The notes: generated by a model not told the origin, from the letters alone. Numbered from the stretch's first letter, positions 10,613 through 24,017 are shown. The stretch is DNA of 51,069 nt from Kudoa neothunni (GCA_964304625.1 OZ199838.1:17048053-17099121), one strand, 5' to 3'. Numbers and translations: made by a program.

Positions 10613-13448
10613 ATGATTAAGTTTTGGTGTGTTACTATTTTTTTAATCATTATTCAAGGTATAATTATTATTATTATTACGATGGTTGTTAAATTATTTA
10701 AGTAAATATCAATAATTCAAATCCACAATTGGATGTAACCTATAACTAATTGACTAAGCTATAACTATTTAAAGCTGGAGAGAAATTCCAATTATCTCAG
10801 GCGCTTGGAAACTACACAATACGTGCATATAAACATACACAAAGCAAAAAGCACAGTATTGAAAATTATTCAACTATAATAATTTACAGATAGAAGAAAC
10901 TTGAAAAGAGACATCCGTTGTACCTTCGTGATTTAGTCGTTAAATCCATGCAAGTTATAAAATTATAAAAAAATTGTTATATTTGATAACATTATTGATA
11001 GAGTTATGCTTGGCATAATATTAAGATACTAGTGAAAGCGTTTGAAATGAGTAGTTTTCCAGAGACTGGAAAAACAATATTCGAGACAGTTGACGAATTT
11101 CGAACATTTCTTAAACAATCATCCATTACAACGGGACTTTATATACTTTTTGTGTAAAAGGTTTCTCTGATTCAAATAAATGAATTTAACAAAGGTTTCA
11201 AAATAACGTTAATAACGATGGAAGAGCTCTAAGTAATATTGGAAACAATCCTGTGTTTGGAACTGCAGTTGTCAAAGTATCATAATAATTATTGTTCCTA
11301 TTCAAAAGGTGTCAAAGATATTAGATAAAATATTTCTTGATCGTAACATAAATCACGTTACATTTTCTCACGAATTAGGCCACTTGCTCGGTTGTAGTCA
11401 TTTTGACGGAGCAGGTATTTGTTATGATACTGTGTATCTATGATATGTTATGTAATTACATAACATATCATAGAAAATGATTGTTTTCAAGCGAATCCGG
11501 GGTGTATAATGAGTTCCAGTGCATTCCTGTGGTATTACTACAGATAGTTATTTTTATCTATACATTGTTCATCTAGGCCTGAAGAATTCCCTTATCCGCC
11601 AGCTTTCAGTATAAAAAGTTTTGAACATTTGAGAAATTTTTTTGAAAAATACCACAGGAATGACTTTTTATTGGTTTTTATAAAACATTTATTGAGTTAC
11701 GAATTAAATTTATGTAATGTGTAGAATAACGTTAACCATCCTATCTTTCAAGTTTGTGGAAATGGTATGATAGATCCTGGCGAAGAATGTGATTGTGGGT
11801 TTGAAGCCAATTGCATATTGGCTCGAGAAAATGAATGCTGCAATATGACTTCATGTACATTAATAAAAGGTTTTGAATGTTCTAAAGGGGAATGTTGTGA
11901 AAATTGTAAAGTATATTTAAATATACTTTATGTAAATGTATTTGAATCATCATTCACAGTTCAAAAAAAGGGGTAAGTTATGTCGTAACGGTGACAATTG
12001 TCATGAGGAAGAAAGATGTTCTGGAAAAAGCTCTCTAGTATTATATATGTCAATTGTACTTAAATTAACTGAATGTTTGAGATAGTGTCCAGCATCCAAC
12101 ATTGTTCCAGACGGAACCCCGTGTAACGGTGGCCGTGTACAAAATTATTAATATTTTTATCGAATAATCCTTTTTTATATAACAAGGCATTTTGTGTGAA
12201 TGGAATATGTCCAAATCCACAAAGTCAGTGTCTTACGTTACATGATTTTCGTAAATAACTAGATTGTATATTTACATTTTACAATAGCATTACATAGAGA
12301 ACTTGAGGTATGATACGAGATGTATTTATTTATTATCTCTTCAAAAAAATATTGATTTGACTCTGCCTGAGGAAAAAACTAGGTAAACTTGTGTGAACAG
12401 TTTCCAATTAAACATATGATAGCACATCTTATTGTGGCCTTTTGCCTTGCTTTACGGATATATTTTCTAAATATTTCGGTATATATTATTCACACGTTGA
12501 ATCTGGTGGATATTGTCCGTAAATATTAATATTTAAAATTCCACTTTATATGTGAGTAGATTCGTAAAACCATCTCTATCGGATAACTATCTTGGCCTCA
12601 TTCCTAACGGTCATTATTGCGGAATATCTAAAGTAATACATATAAAAAAAATTATTAACAACATTTTTAGATGTGTTTGAATAATAGATGCATTAACGCT
12701 AACAAAAATAAAAAATTGTGCAGAAATATTAAATGCCCTATAGGAACTGTAATATACATACATATGAACGAATGATATCCCACCTTTTTAATAAAAAACA
12801 AAAGGTTTGTTATCAAGGTGATTGTATGAGCGAATATAAAGAAATTGGAAAATGCAAGAATATAAGTTGTCCCACCCACCAAGTATAACTTAATTACCTA
12901 ATATAAATTTTGAAAGAATTTATAGTACTGCAACTTTGATGGAATCTGCTCATATTATATTAGGTAATTCGACCTAATGTCGCTCTATAAATTACGTTTA
13001 GGCCTGAATACAACAACCCTGAATACAAAATAAACTTTCAACCTTCTAAATATATATCCTCGTATAACTTTTACTAAAAAATAATTTTAAATTTATAAAT
13101 AATATTTTTAAATTTTAATTTTATAGAAACCTAAAAATTATTATATTAAGTTTATTTTAGTTATTTAATCTTCATAATAATGATTAAATAGCGTAATTTT
13201 TGTATTTCGGAATATATTTCCTAAATACTTTAGGGATGTTTTTGTCAAAAATCGACGATTGACTGTAAAAGGCAAATTTAACATATAATTTCCATAACAA
13301 TAATATGTATATTTTAGAGATGATTCTAATTATTGCATTCTCAGTGTACACTCTGTTGCTTATTTCCTGGTTATAATTTGTAAATTTATTTTTATAATAA
13401 TTTTTATGATTTAGTATCGTTTATACTTTTGACTTTTGGAGGAAGTAA
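10613..13448 (+). CDS. ADAM family metalloprotease-disintegrin (reprolysin M12B), multi-exon, type I membrane
   Basis: Signal exon MIKFWCVTIFLIIIQ; zinc motif HELGHLLGCSHFD at 11369-11407; Met-turn GCIMS (~11500); disintegrin VCGNGMIDPGEECDCG..CC..GECCENCK..LCRNGDNC..RCSGKS..CP; Cys-rich/EGF-like exons; TM exon MILIIAFSVYTLLLISCIVY; stop at 13446-13448. Exons from signal peptide to disintegrin were checked in frame; the 13.0-13.3 kb exons are less certain. Confidence 0.93.
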
Positions 13449-13710
13449 CAATAACTTATTTTTTTCCATTTTATTATTTGTTATTATGATCTTTTATTGA
13501 CATGAAATATAATATTTTCTATTTAGTTTTATTTATTTGAACCTATTTTCTAAAAACAGTTCCATTTAGTAGGATGATATGCATCATATTTTTCTGTTTA
13601 ACTCAAAAATGGTACTTATTGTTCTTAAATTGAAAGCCTATTAGGAAATATCAGTTTTATTGCCATGAAAGGAAAGGAAAGAATAACTCAATTAGAATGG
13701 AAAAGATTAA

Positions 13711-14008
13711 CCCTCCCGGGACCAAATTTCAGATTATTCTGCATTTTTCTCTATAAATGAGAATTAAAAGACGTTTAAGAGGCCAGCTAACCTTTAAGTG
13801 TAAAGTTTATAATTAAATTAAAGTTTATAATTAAATTATAGTATTAGCTAAAATTTTTAATATTCAAAGTTTTTTTAGAATGTTTATTTTGAGCCAGTTT
13901 TAAAGAATATTTGTGAATATGAATAAATAAATTTAATATTAATATTATATATCTCAAAATTTTTTGTGGGTTTTAAATTTCTCCGAGTGTTCACGGGACC
14001 TAAGAGGA
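13711..14008. mobile_element. possible piggyBac-derived MITE
   Basis: TTAA|CCCTCCCGGGACC at left and GGGACCTAAGAGGA|TTAG at right: degenerate TIRs and target. Confidence 0.35.
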
Positions 14009-14414
14009 TTAGAGTTTATATCAAATAGTTTTGCTCAATAGTAATTCAAGAAGTATTTTTATCAGAATAATTTATTATTCTAATTTAAACAATGACAACG
14101 ACAACGACAGCAGTTCACAATAGACCATGAATACATTTTTGGGATTACCGAAACTTTGCAGACATACGGACTCAGAAAGACTAATGATTGATATTTGTAT
14201 AAATTCATTTATAAATAGTTTAAAAAATTTTTTCATCCCATTTTCTAATTTAATGTTTAATGGATACATGATTTTTCAATTTTTCTCGAAAAATTTACGT
14301 TTAACTCGAATTTAAGTGGTTCAATAAGATATTTATAAATTTTTATTTGTCATGATTTTCGTTACATTGCACAATCAATTTATTATAATGGATAACTTGC
14401 GAGGTCATTTGTGA

Positions 14415-15973
14415 GTAGGCCTTTAAAAAACGAGGGTGATTATGTGTTGAAGTGGGGATTATTAAGGATTTGGATAGGGAGTTCATGATTCCAACGTTTT
14501 GTGGTTTATCTTTGAAAATATTTTCATATATAATACATATCAGTAAAATAATTAAATACGTTTTAACCGTTTGAAACACCTAACCACCCACAGATATTGA
14601 ATTAGATTATAAAATACTAGCGCAAAAGCCCCGCAGACTAAAGCCTTGAGTAGGCCAAGGTCATTTGAAGTTCAAAGTAAACTCAGAGTACTTTTATAAG
14701 TAGTAAAAAGATTACCCAATTAACTGATGATTTATTTAACTCATTGGGTGCATGAACTTTATTTAATATTTTTAAAAACGAATAAACACTACTGAGCGTT
14801 TGAATTTCCTTTTTAGAGCACCTAAAAATCGATTTTCTCCTTATTGTTCACAATAAGCTCTAAATCGTACCTTATGAATAGTACTAATCTTGTTAAACAT
14901 CAACAAATGAATTTCATATTAATGTTGGGTTAATTAATATAATATAACCTTCCGTATAGAATTAATTCAATTACTAAATTATTTTAAAATAATTATAAAG
15001 TAAAATAAACACTATAAAACATTTAAAATTCACTTTTGAAAACATTAACGAAATGATCTGTTTGCATAAAACCTAAAATCATACATATCATACCCCGTGA
15101 AAATGTTTTTAGTCATTTTGTAGGAAGCAAATCTTCTATAATTTTTTACGTATTTTTCTGTGTTAAAATAAAATTTTATCTTTCCATATTTGTGCTCAAA
15201 TAGGGCGATATGTCTCTCTATAAAGAATGAAAAATTTCATGTTATATTAAAAAACTAAGTAATTAATGTTGAGATAAATAATAAAAAAATGCTTTTGACT
15301 TATAGATATCCATAATTGATTTGAATTAATATAATTAAAAAACAATTATTGAGTATTTTGTTACTTAATGTAAATAAATAAAAATATAACTTAAAAAAAT
15401 AAAGTAAAAATTTCACGTTTGAATTTTGAAACAAATATTATTATAAAATTTTTTTAATCATGAATAAACTATGCTGAAAAATTTATAAACTAAAAGCCAC
15501 ACTAAGGAATATTATTGTTAAATTAAAACTTCTTAGTTTTAATTTTGAATAGAATAAATCAGAAAGTTCTGTTTTAAAAATACAAATTCACAATATTGAA
15601 CATTTACAAATTTATTACTAGTAGAAACAAATGAAAAAATTAAATGAACAATTAAAGACTTTGAATTTGTTAATACTATAGAGAAATAATAATTTTTTCG
15701 ATTAATTTATCAACAACATAGATATTCCTGGTGAATCCGAATGTGCTCTACTTAAATTTATTTCCAGCTTTAGATTAATTCTTTTTGATTTTATTTTAAC
15801 TACACAATGTAATTTTTTGTGATAAGAACAAAAATGAAAAAGCTTTTGAAAACGAGCTGAATTAACAGGACGAATTGTAATTGTAGGAAATGACTTTATT
15901 TCCGATTATGTATGCGACACCGCCTCAAGTTCGTACACAGATACTGTAGTTTAGCTGATATTTTAAAAGAAAT
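14415..15973. repeat. direct repeat copy 2, interrupted by a Helitron 3'-end fragment
   Basis: See copy 1; carries extra sequence from ~14617 to ~15200. Confidence 0.9.
14617..14690 (-). mobile_element. Helitron 3' terminus fragment
   Basis: Reverse complement ends ...GCGGGGCTTTTGCGCTAG|T and shares TGACCTTG-CCTACTCAAGGCTTTAGTCT with 38702-38730. Confidence 0.75.
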
Positions 15974-18454
15974 ACATTTTTTTGATTAAAATATAGAATA
16001 GTGGCCGTATTCTAAATCAGCGACCACTATAAAAATTGAACCACCTGTTGATTATTTTAATTTTTGTATTTATCACTGTTTCATCACCATTAGGTTATTT
16101 TAGGCACTGTATTTGTTATCAATAATAGTTGCTATAATATATTCTTGAAATAACTGTTAGCCTCTCGCAGTTATTTCCAGATGAAATATCATTTAATCGA
16201 TCGATTAGAGATTGCTTTATTTATCCTAAAATGTGAGTGTGACAACTATAATTTTTATCAAACGTCATATTTCAATAATTCATCCTTAGCAATGGCCTAC
16301 TATTAATTGAATTTCCATCAGAATAAGAATTTCATTTTTATATAAACATTAACTAATTAATTGTATCAAATGCATAACGTTGATATCAAAAATAATTTTA
16401 TATTAATAATTTTTCTCAATTCGAATATATATTATATACAAATCTATTTGGTTGATTTAAAAACATATAAACCTATTATGACAATTTTTAAAAATCTTGA
16501 ACGTGGTGAAAAAAACTAATGCGTAATGTCGTTAGATTTTAAAGACAAAATAACATGATTTCCTACGAAAAGAACATTCAAATTCTTCCTACTACATAGT
16601 TAATGTTACAGTTTCATAGGAACTTAATTATTATATGTTAATATTTCAAAAATATTTGAATGCTGTCGTTATTATATTAAAACCCGCGAAAAATATGGCT
16701 AAACGAGAGTTAATTTTAATATTTATATAAATTTAAACTTGCATTGAAATATATTCTGGTCGATGGGTTGGCAATGGCTACCTGTAGATTTATTTCTAAA
16801 CGATCTATTCCATTTTATTCAAATAATAAAGCCAGTTTAGGAGGATTTGTTTCAATCTTTGTTAAATATGGATTAAAAGTTGTATCATTCCTATGACTTA
16901 GTGCGGGATATTTTCCATTAGTAGAGAAACACAATTGAACCCTTTTTTCACATCGTCAATATTCCTGGAGAACATATCAAATGGGGGTTTAAAAATGCGA
17001 TTATAGAGACTATTAAATACTCGAAATTTCAACATTAAGAGATTCATTCAAATTTTGAGGGATTAGTTAAAATAATGTGCATCTACATCTATTATATAAG
17101 AAAACAAGCGCCAATAGCTTAGTTTATCTCATTATCGAAAATACTTAGATTGTTAAATCTCTTACAATATCCAAAACTTGTTAATTCTTTCATTTAATCT
17201 ATTTGAGTTTATATAAGCCCATTTTACATTCGTTACAAAATAGAAAACTTACAATAAAATAGTTAATTTTAATAATATTAAATATAATATAAATTTCACA
17301 AATCATATGCATCAGTAAATTACTTAAATTAAGTATTGTTATAAACACAATATTACTAAAATGCAATTTAGATGATTTATTTTTATTATTTGTAAATAGT
17401 TATTTAAAAATAAATTACAAACTAATTTTTTTTGCATATTATTGTACTGAAATAAAAAAGCTGAGCATTTGGTCATTATAAAAATTTAAAAACTAAAAAA
17501 TGTATTAACTGATTGATGTAGTTTTGTAAAAAGTTTATAATAAATGTATAAACATTAATACAGAAGATGGTTTATTATTTATAACAAAATATGCGACGTT
17601 TACTAAAGTAATTTAATCATATCATTTGGAAAATAAAACATTAATACAAATGTTTTCAACACGTTTATTTAATGTAGAAGTTATAATAATTAACTGAATC
17701 CATGCTTTCAGCGTTTTTATATTTGATTATGAACAACCGCTTATGAATAGAAAAACACAGATTCCCCAATGGTTGTTTTTAGATCCGTAATCCTACCTTA
17801 TTACTTAATCTAGAACTAAATTACTCCAATTTTAATAAACTTCTGCTAATCGAAATTCCTTAACAATATAAATTATCATATATTTTTGAAAAATTTAATT
17901 AAAATATTTTCTATGAACATGGTACGGTTATAGTCAATGAAATTCCAAGCATTAGTTCAACCCCGTGACGCCATACATTAAATCCTTAATATGTTAATCA
18001 AAAAGTCTTTTTTTGGAGAAAGTATCTTGATTCTCAACCTATTAAACGACTAATTTCAAACTGACAGGTTGGCATGCACGCGAATGAAACACAAAGCAAT
18101 AACAAAATTTCGCGAATGTACAAGAACGAATCAAGAAATAATTCAAAATTTAGAAAAAATGTTGTCATGAACAAAAGTGCATTGTCTGATCAAAATATAC
18201 TTAATCCATTCTAAGTCTTCCAATTGGTAACGAAGATGCTTCTCATTACAGCTCATTTTAATATCCAATTAATTCTTTAATTAAATAAATAATTAATTAA
18301 TTAATCCGGCGTTATTTTTATTTTTATGACTCAAGCTAACCCCTAAAAGAATTTGACATTTAAACTCTCATTAAACTGTGGGTGGGTAACCTATTTGCGC
18401 GTGCCCAAATTAACATCACTATTTCTGGAAATTAGAACCCATTTTACCTATTAA

Positions 18455-20753
18455 CCTTCCGAACGTCTATGGGTTCAAATTGACCCCAAATGATTTTGTG
18501 TTGTGTTTTATGTTGTCTCATAAAGCTTTAATTAGTTTAAAAATCAAGCTATTTGCCTATAATGTGCTTTTTGATTTGAAAGTAAAAAAAAATTAGAAAT
18601 AATATATTAAATAGTGAAATAATTAAATACTAACACATTCTTTCTTTGGGGGAACGTAAAAATACACGTATCAAGTCTAAATGAAAAATGTTTTGTTTAA
18701 ATTAAGTTAAGTTAAATTAAATTAAATTAAATTTTAAAGGGATTTTATCATAAAATATAGAGAAAAAAACCAAAAATATGCTCAGCGAAGATTCACAAAC
18801 ACAGGCAAGAAAATACATTTTGAAAATGAGTGATTTTGAGAACGAGTTCTGATCAGAAAATGATTCCGAAGCAAATGAAATAGACGACAGTCTTCATTTA
18901 TTTGATTCTTTATCAGAATCCGACAACGAAATAACGCAAATCGCAAAAACAGAAATCTATTCCTCGACAAAAATGGAATTGCTTCGTCCTCGGTTACACC
19001 AAAGATCACAAAAACTCAAAAGAAAAATATACATCATCCGATCCCAGGTTTAAGTGCCTACGAGACGTCATGAATTAGAGAAATATCGGATAAATTCTTG
19101 ATATTTTTTGACATTTTATTTTTTTCTAGTGTGATTTCGAACACAAACAAATTTGGGGATTTTCATTACAATAATGAGTGGAAATCTATAACATTGGAAG
19201 AATTTGAAGCTTACCTTGAATTTCTAATTTATATGTCCATATTTAAGTCAAAATTAGAGTCCTTAAAATTACTTTGGAGTGTTGTAATATATTCAGAAAA
19301 ATAGTGTTACTAAAAAGATTTGTCCAGATATCGAGGTCTCTTCATTTTGATGACTTTGAAACCCGAGAAGCAAGACGTGAGTTAGACAAATTTTGCCCAT
19401 TGCGAGAGATTTTTGATACCTGAAAAGACAGAATTTCTAAATTAGTTATTCCCGGTGAAAATTTGACCATCGACGAGCGACTTGTTGCATTTAGAGGTAA
19501 ATGTCCCTTTAAGCAATACACGCCGTCGAAACTTGCTGTTTGCGGTATAAAATTTTTTCTGCTTACCGACCCTGATACAAAATACATCTATAATATATCT
19601 GTATACTTGGGAAGAAACAATAGCGAGAAAGCCAAAAATGTTGGTGAAAGTGTGGTTTTGGAACTTGTCGTTAATTTAAGACAGTGACAGAAATATTGTA
19701 TTTGATAATTTTTTCAGCTCTATTTCTGTTGCAGAAAATCTCTTGAATTGGGGTATGGCTATGGTTGGTACGATCCGCAGTAACAAGAGAGACATTCCAG
19801 AGCATCTAAAGAAAGACCGAAATAGAGAAGTAAACAGTTCTAGATTTTTGTTTTACAAAAAATTTATGTTGCTTTCGTATGTTCCAAAAAAAACAAATCA
19901 GTTTTACTTCTAACAACTTCTTCTTGCAATACAAATGTTGATGATACTGCCACTAAAAAACCTGAGGTGGTCACACATCCTTATAATAAATGCAAGGGAG
20001 GAGTCGACACAGTTGACCGTATAATTGCCACAACTAGTGTTAAACGATCACGAAGCGTTGGCTGGCCCACTGCAGTTTTTTATAATATGGTTGACGCCAG
20101 TTTGATTAACTCATTCCATATTTATAAGGAAATATTCATTGACCCTAGTTGCTCTAGACTGAAATATTTAGAAATGCTAGCGGACAGTCTTGTAACTAAT
20201 TTTCTGAACATTAATAATGAGAAGTTATAACAAAATATGTCTTTGGAGTGTTCAAGTCGAAGTAGAAAAAGGTGTTGTCTTTGTGAAAGAAACCGCGACA
20301 AAAAAAACAAGATCTGTTTGTAAGGCAAACTGTTGCGATGACCACTCAAACGTTATTCACGTTAAATGTCTTGCTAAATAAGGTAAATTACTTGGAAAAA
20401 TATATTTGCATTTGTCTTGTCCGTTGGTTTAATGTGTTTTTATTCGCAACATGCTCAACGATATATGATTTTATATAAATGCAGGAAAATATAAAATGAT
20501 AAAACACGCAAATTTCTTAATAAACGCATCATTTTCATTAGTTTCTGACTAGTCCACACTATATTTAATGATTCCTCGTATAGGCAAATTAATCTATTCC
20601 ACATATTTTAATTTCTTCTTAGTTCTCATTGAAAAAAAGATCGATAATTAAAAAACTATGAAAAAATTAGCGTAAATTAATTCGTAACACGCCTGGGGTC
20701 AATTTGACCCCAAAGAAAAAATGTGTAAAGTCGTTTTGGGGGCGCTCAGAGGG
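18455..20753 (+). mobile_element. piggyBac element 2, full-length but decayed
   Basis: TTAA (18451-54)|CCTTCCGAACG ... CGCTCAGAGGG|TTAA (20754-57). Subterminal GGGTTCAAATTGACCCCA (18471-) and palindromic TGGGGTCAATTTGACCCCA (20694-20712). Confidence 0.9.
18778..20380 (+). pseudogene. piggyBac transposase pseudogene
   Basis: Fragments TIDERLVAFRGKCPFKQY, FDNFFSS, GTIRSNKR, YNKCKGGVDTVD, WPTAVFY and a C-terminal Cys cluster, broken by stops and frameshifts. Confidence 0.92.
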
Positions 20754-20831
20754 TTAATAGTGTGAAATTATTTTAAAGTATGTGTTGATTTAGCTTAATA
20801 AAGAATTTAAACGTTTTAGAATGATTTGATC

Positions 20832-20892
20832 TGGAGTCAAAAATGTCGCCACCGGCTTTTGCGTTATGGTCACGCTCGTCGTACAAAGAGGG
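20832..20892 (+). mobile_element. orphan piggyBac-like right terminus
   Basis: GGAGTCAAAAATGTCGCCA ... GTACAAAGAGGG|TTAA (TTAA at 20893-20896). Confidence 0.5.
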
Positions 20893-21158
20893 TTAATGCG
20901 AAAATCAATTATTTCGGAAAGTTTTAATCATTTTGACTTAAAAATGTACACTTAAATATTAATCCTTGACACACATATATATTATATTCATTATATATAG
21001 ATGAATTCTTTTAATATTATTTTTAAAAAATTAAAAGTAAATAATTTTTTACAATTTATTATCGATAATTTTAATTTTTATTGATTGAAGAAATCACAGT
21101 TTATAAATTTATCGGAATTCATATAAATAAACGATTAAAATTAATGATATAATTTAAA

Positions 21159-24017
21159 GGCAGTGGCTATTACCACGGGAATCAATTTCTCTGCAATTGT
21201 TATCTCTATTAAATAACTGATTTAACATTACTATTATTTACATTTTTCTCTACTAAATTATGGAAAATAGACTGCTAGCAACATAAATGTTAGCGAATCT
21301 AATAGACTAAAACAATATTAACGTCAAATTAATTAAAAATATTAATCATTTCGAATTTATTGCTTTGAGCCATGCAGTGTAAACATAACTCCACGTGTTT
21401 CACGAATTTGGTTGAACTACAATGAGTGATTCGAATTCAGACAATTTTCATGTTGGAATGAAACTTGAAACTTTTGAATGTTTAAAATTTTATATTTAAG
21501 AGTATGAGAAAAGTCATTTTGTGAATCTAAAGATTCAAGAAGAATCGACTCAGTGCAAAACCGGGTTAATCGATATATTAAAAACACGTTAGTGTATTAC
21601 GAAATAACTTACGTATGCTACTTTGGAGCCCATTTAAAGTTACATTATGAGTAAGTGTAGATGGAAATTTTCTGGAGATTAGATCTTCTAACACTACTCA
21701 TAACCATCCAAATGATCCATGGATCTATGAAAACTTACCCATGTTTGATGCAACCTATAAACTGCTAGTCTCGCGGTTATCTTCTGAGGTTTTCTCTATT
21801 TCGTTATTTTATTAGTTTATTAGTGCGCCATTGTATCTGTCTGTTGCAGAAGACTCGGTTGGTGAAACCCACATAACTAGCGGCTGCATCTTGTACGATG
21901 AAATGGCGGAGTCAATTAAATGGTATATTTCTAAACTAATAAAAATGATGCCGAACATGACTCAAAATGTCCGAATGATCATTACTGACAAGCACCACAC
22001 TCTAAGGAAATGTTTGAAAGAATTATTTCCAAACTCCAATCTAATGATCTGCATATTTCATGTTTCTCAAAGTTTCCGACGTGAAATAACTATGTCGAAA
22101 TACGGTATCACTCGAGAGAAAAGGGACCAATTGCTTGAAACTCTTAATAAAATTATCTATTCGAAAAATAAACATGAATTCGATAAACTATGCAATAATC
22201 TTTTTCAACAAAGCAACGATAAGTTTATTAACTATTTTAAATCCAATTGGGAACCAATCGCTGATGAATGGGTCATAGGATTAAGTGTAGCATATCCTTT
22301 CTATGAAAACTTGACCAATAATAGATTAGAAGCCATTAATGATCAACTAAAACAAACAATAAAGAAATTTTCAAATCTTAATGATTTTTTCCGTTATTTC
22401 TTTGACGCTCTCAAATCAATGAGAATAGAAATGAAATACAATATAATCAAAATATTACTGAAGCCAGTTAATTTTGATACCTCAAATGAAGTTCTAAACG
22501 CGTATTTTAATCATTTAAATCCATTTTCCTTCAATATAATCCACAAACAAATTCAAAATTTTAACGAAAACACGAATACAGATAGTGTAACTACATTCAT
22601 AAGATGTAATTGTTATATTTACAGATCGTATCTCCTTCCATGTAGTCATATTTTTAAAAAGAGAGCGTTTAACCTGCTTCCAATGTTTGATTCAAATTTA
22701 TGCCACCCTAGATGGTCACAAGATTACATGAGCCGATTCTTGGAAATGGAAACTATAAATGTAACACCAAAAGAGAGTATTTCAATAAAACCAAAAAGGA
22801 ATTTTTGATTCTTATGGAAAACGTTTAAAAAATTCTGCGATTTACACAAATAAGCTAGCAGCTTTGTCCGCTGAATATTGTGGGGAGTTTTATGATAGTT
22901 GCCTATCACTATTCAACACAATAGAAAAAATAATCAAGAACCACGACATCAAATTAATAAAGAAAATAAATCAATTATGTATTTTAAGAAAACTTAATTT
23001 TTCTTGATTTATTTTTAGGAAATCGCACCATTGAATATTAAATACTCTGAGGCTATAGCCGAAGATGAAGATATCTCTGAAGGAAGAGGTATATGACGCT
23101 TAACTTGAATATTTTACTCGTATCTAACTTACAAAAAATAGATGTTATTGAGAATATTTTTAATTCTCAAATAATTGTTGAGGGTGTTGGTAATAATATT
23201 ATTCCGCAAGGTGAGGAGATTATCGAGAATATTATTATTAATAATATTTCAAATGAAAATGCTCCCGACCTCTAAACTGTTTTATCTAAAGATCAACTAG
23301 CACCTATTTTAAATATGATCGAGCTTGATGGTACTTTCATTTCCTTTCTTTTTTTAAATTATTTTAGCCTTAAAAGTTCCCTCTCAATTGAAGTCTGTTG
23401 GGAGACCAAAGGGATACGCTTTAACCACTATTGGATACAAAAAGAAAACTAAATATGCTTATATCTCTCATTATTTATTTGACTAGGATAGCCATTGCTC
23501 ATCGTGTTACATTTATCTAATTTCAGAAAAATGACCTAATTATGATTAATTTTTTCAAAATTCTTGTCAATATTGAAATCTAAAGAGGAAAATTCACATC
23601 ATTTCTGTGAAATATAATGAGTATAATTTATGAATAGAATACACTAAATCATATAATTTAAATATTGGAAAAAAATTAAATAACACGAGGTTGAATATAT
23701 CATGTAAAGGCGCGCACTTCAAGAGTAATGTAAGACATACTAAATCACACAAAATTCTTTAACTTTAACCATATTACTGACAGAAAATGACATACTACAA
23801 TTTGATCGTGTTTTAAACTAAGATTAATAAATTTTTCATTTAATATGAAAAACGATCAATAAAATAAACAATATAAATATGTAAAAAAAGATATTTCAAT
23901 TGTTACCTAATCCTATAATTTAGTAGAGACAAATATAAATATTAGTAATGTGAAATTAGTTATTTAATAGAGATACTAATTGAAGAGAAATCGATTCCCG
24001 TGGTAATAGCATATGCC
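21159..24017 (+). mobile_element. Mutator-like element (MULE) with ~105-bp TIRs and 9-bp TSD
   Basis: TIRs GGCAGTGGCTATTACCACGGGAATC... and ...GATTCCCGTGGTAATAGCATATGCC. Identical TAATTTAAA flanks at 21150-21158 and 24018-24026. Confidence 0.95.
21422..23490 (+). pseudogene. MULE transposase with SWIM zinc finger (ZSWIM3/FAR1-like), disrupted
   Basis: FHVGMKLETF, HNHP, MFDATYK, IITDK, ICIFH, TNNRLE and SWIM CNC..LPCSH. Longest ORF is 21831-22808; stops, frameshifts and an apparent internal deletion lie upstream. The 3' limit is approximate. Confidence 0.88.

Noticed and set aside
16003-16297. Possible small MITE with GGCC-starting inverted ends
   Set aside because: The inverted match is short and gapped and there is no convincing TSD.
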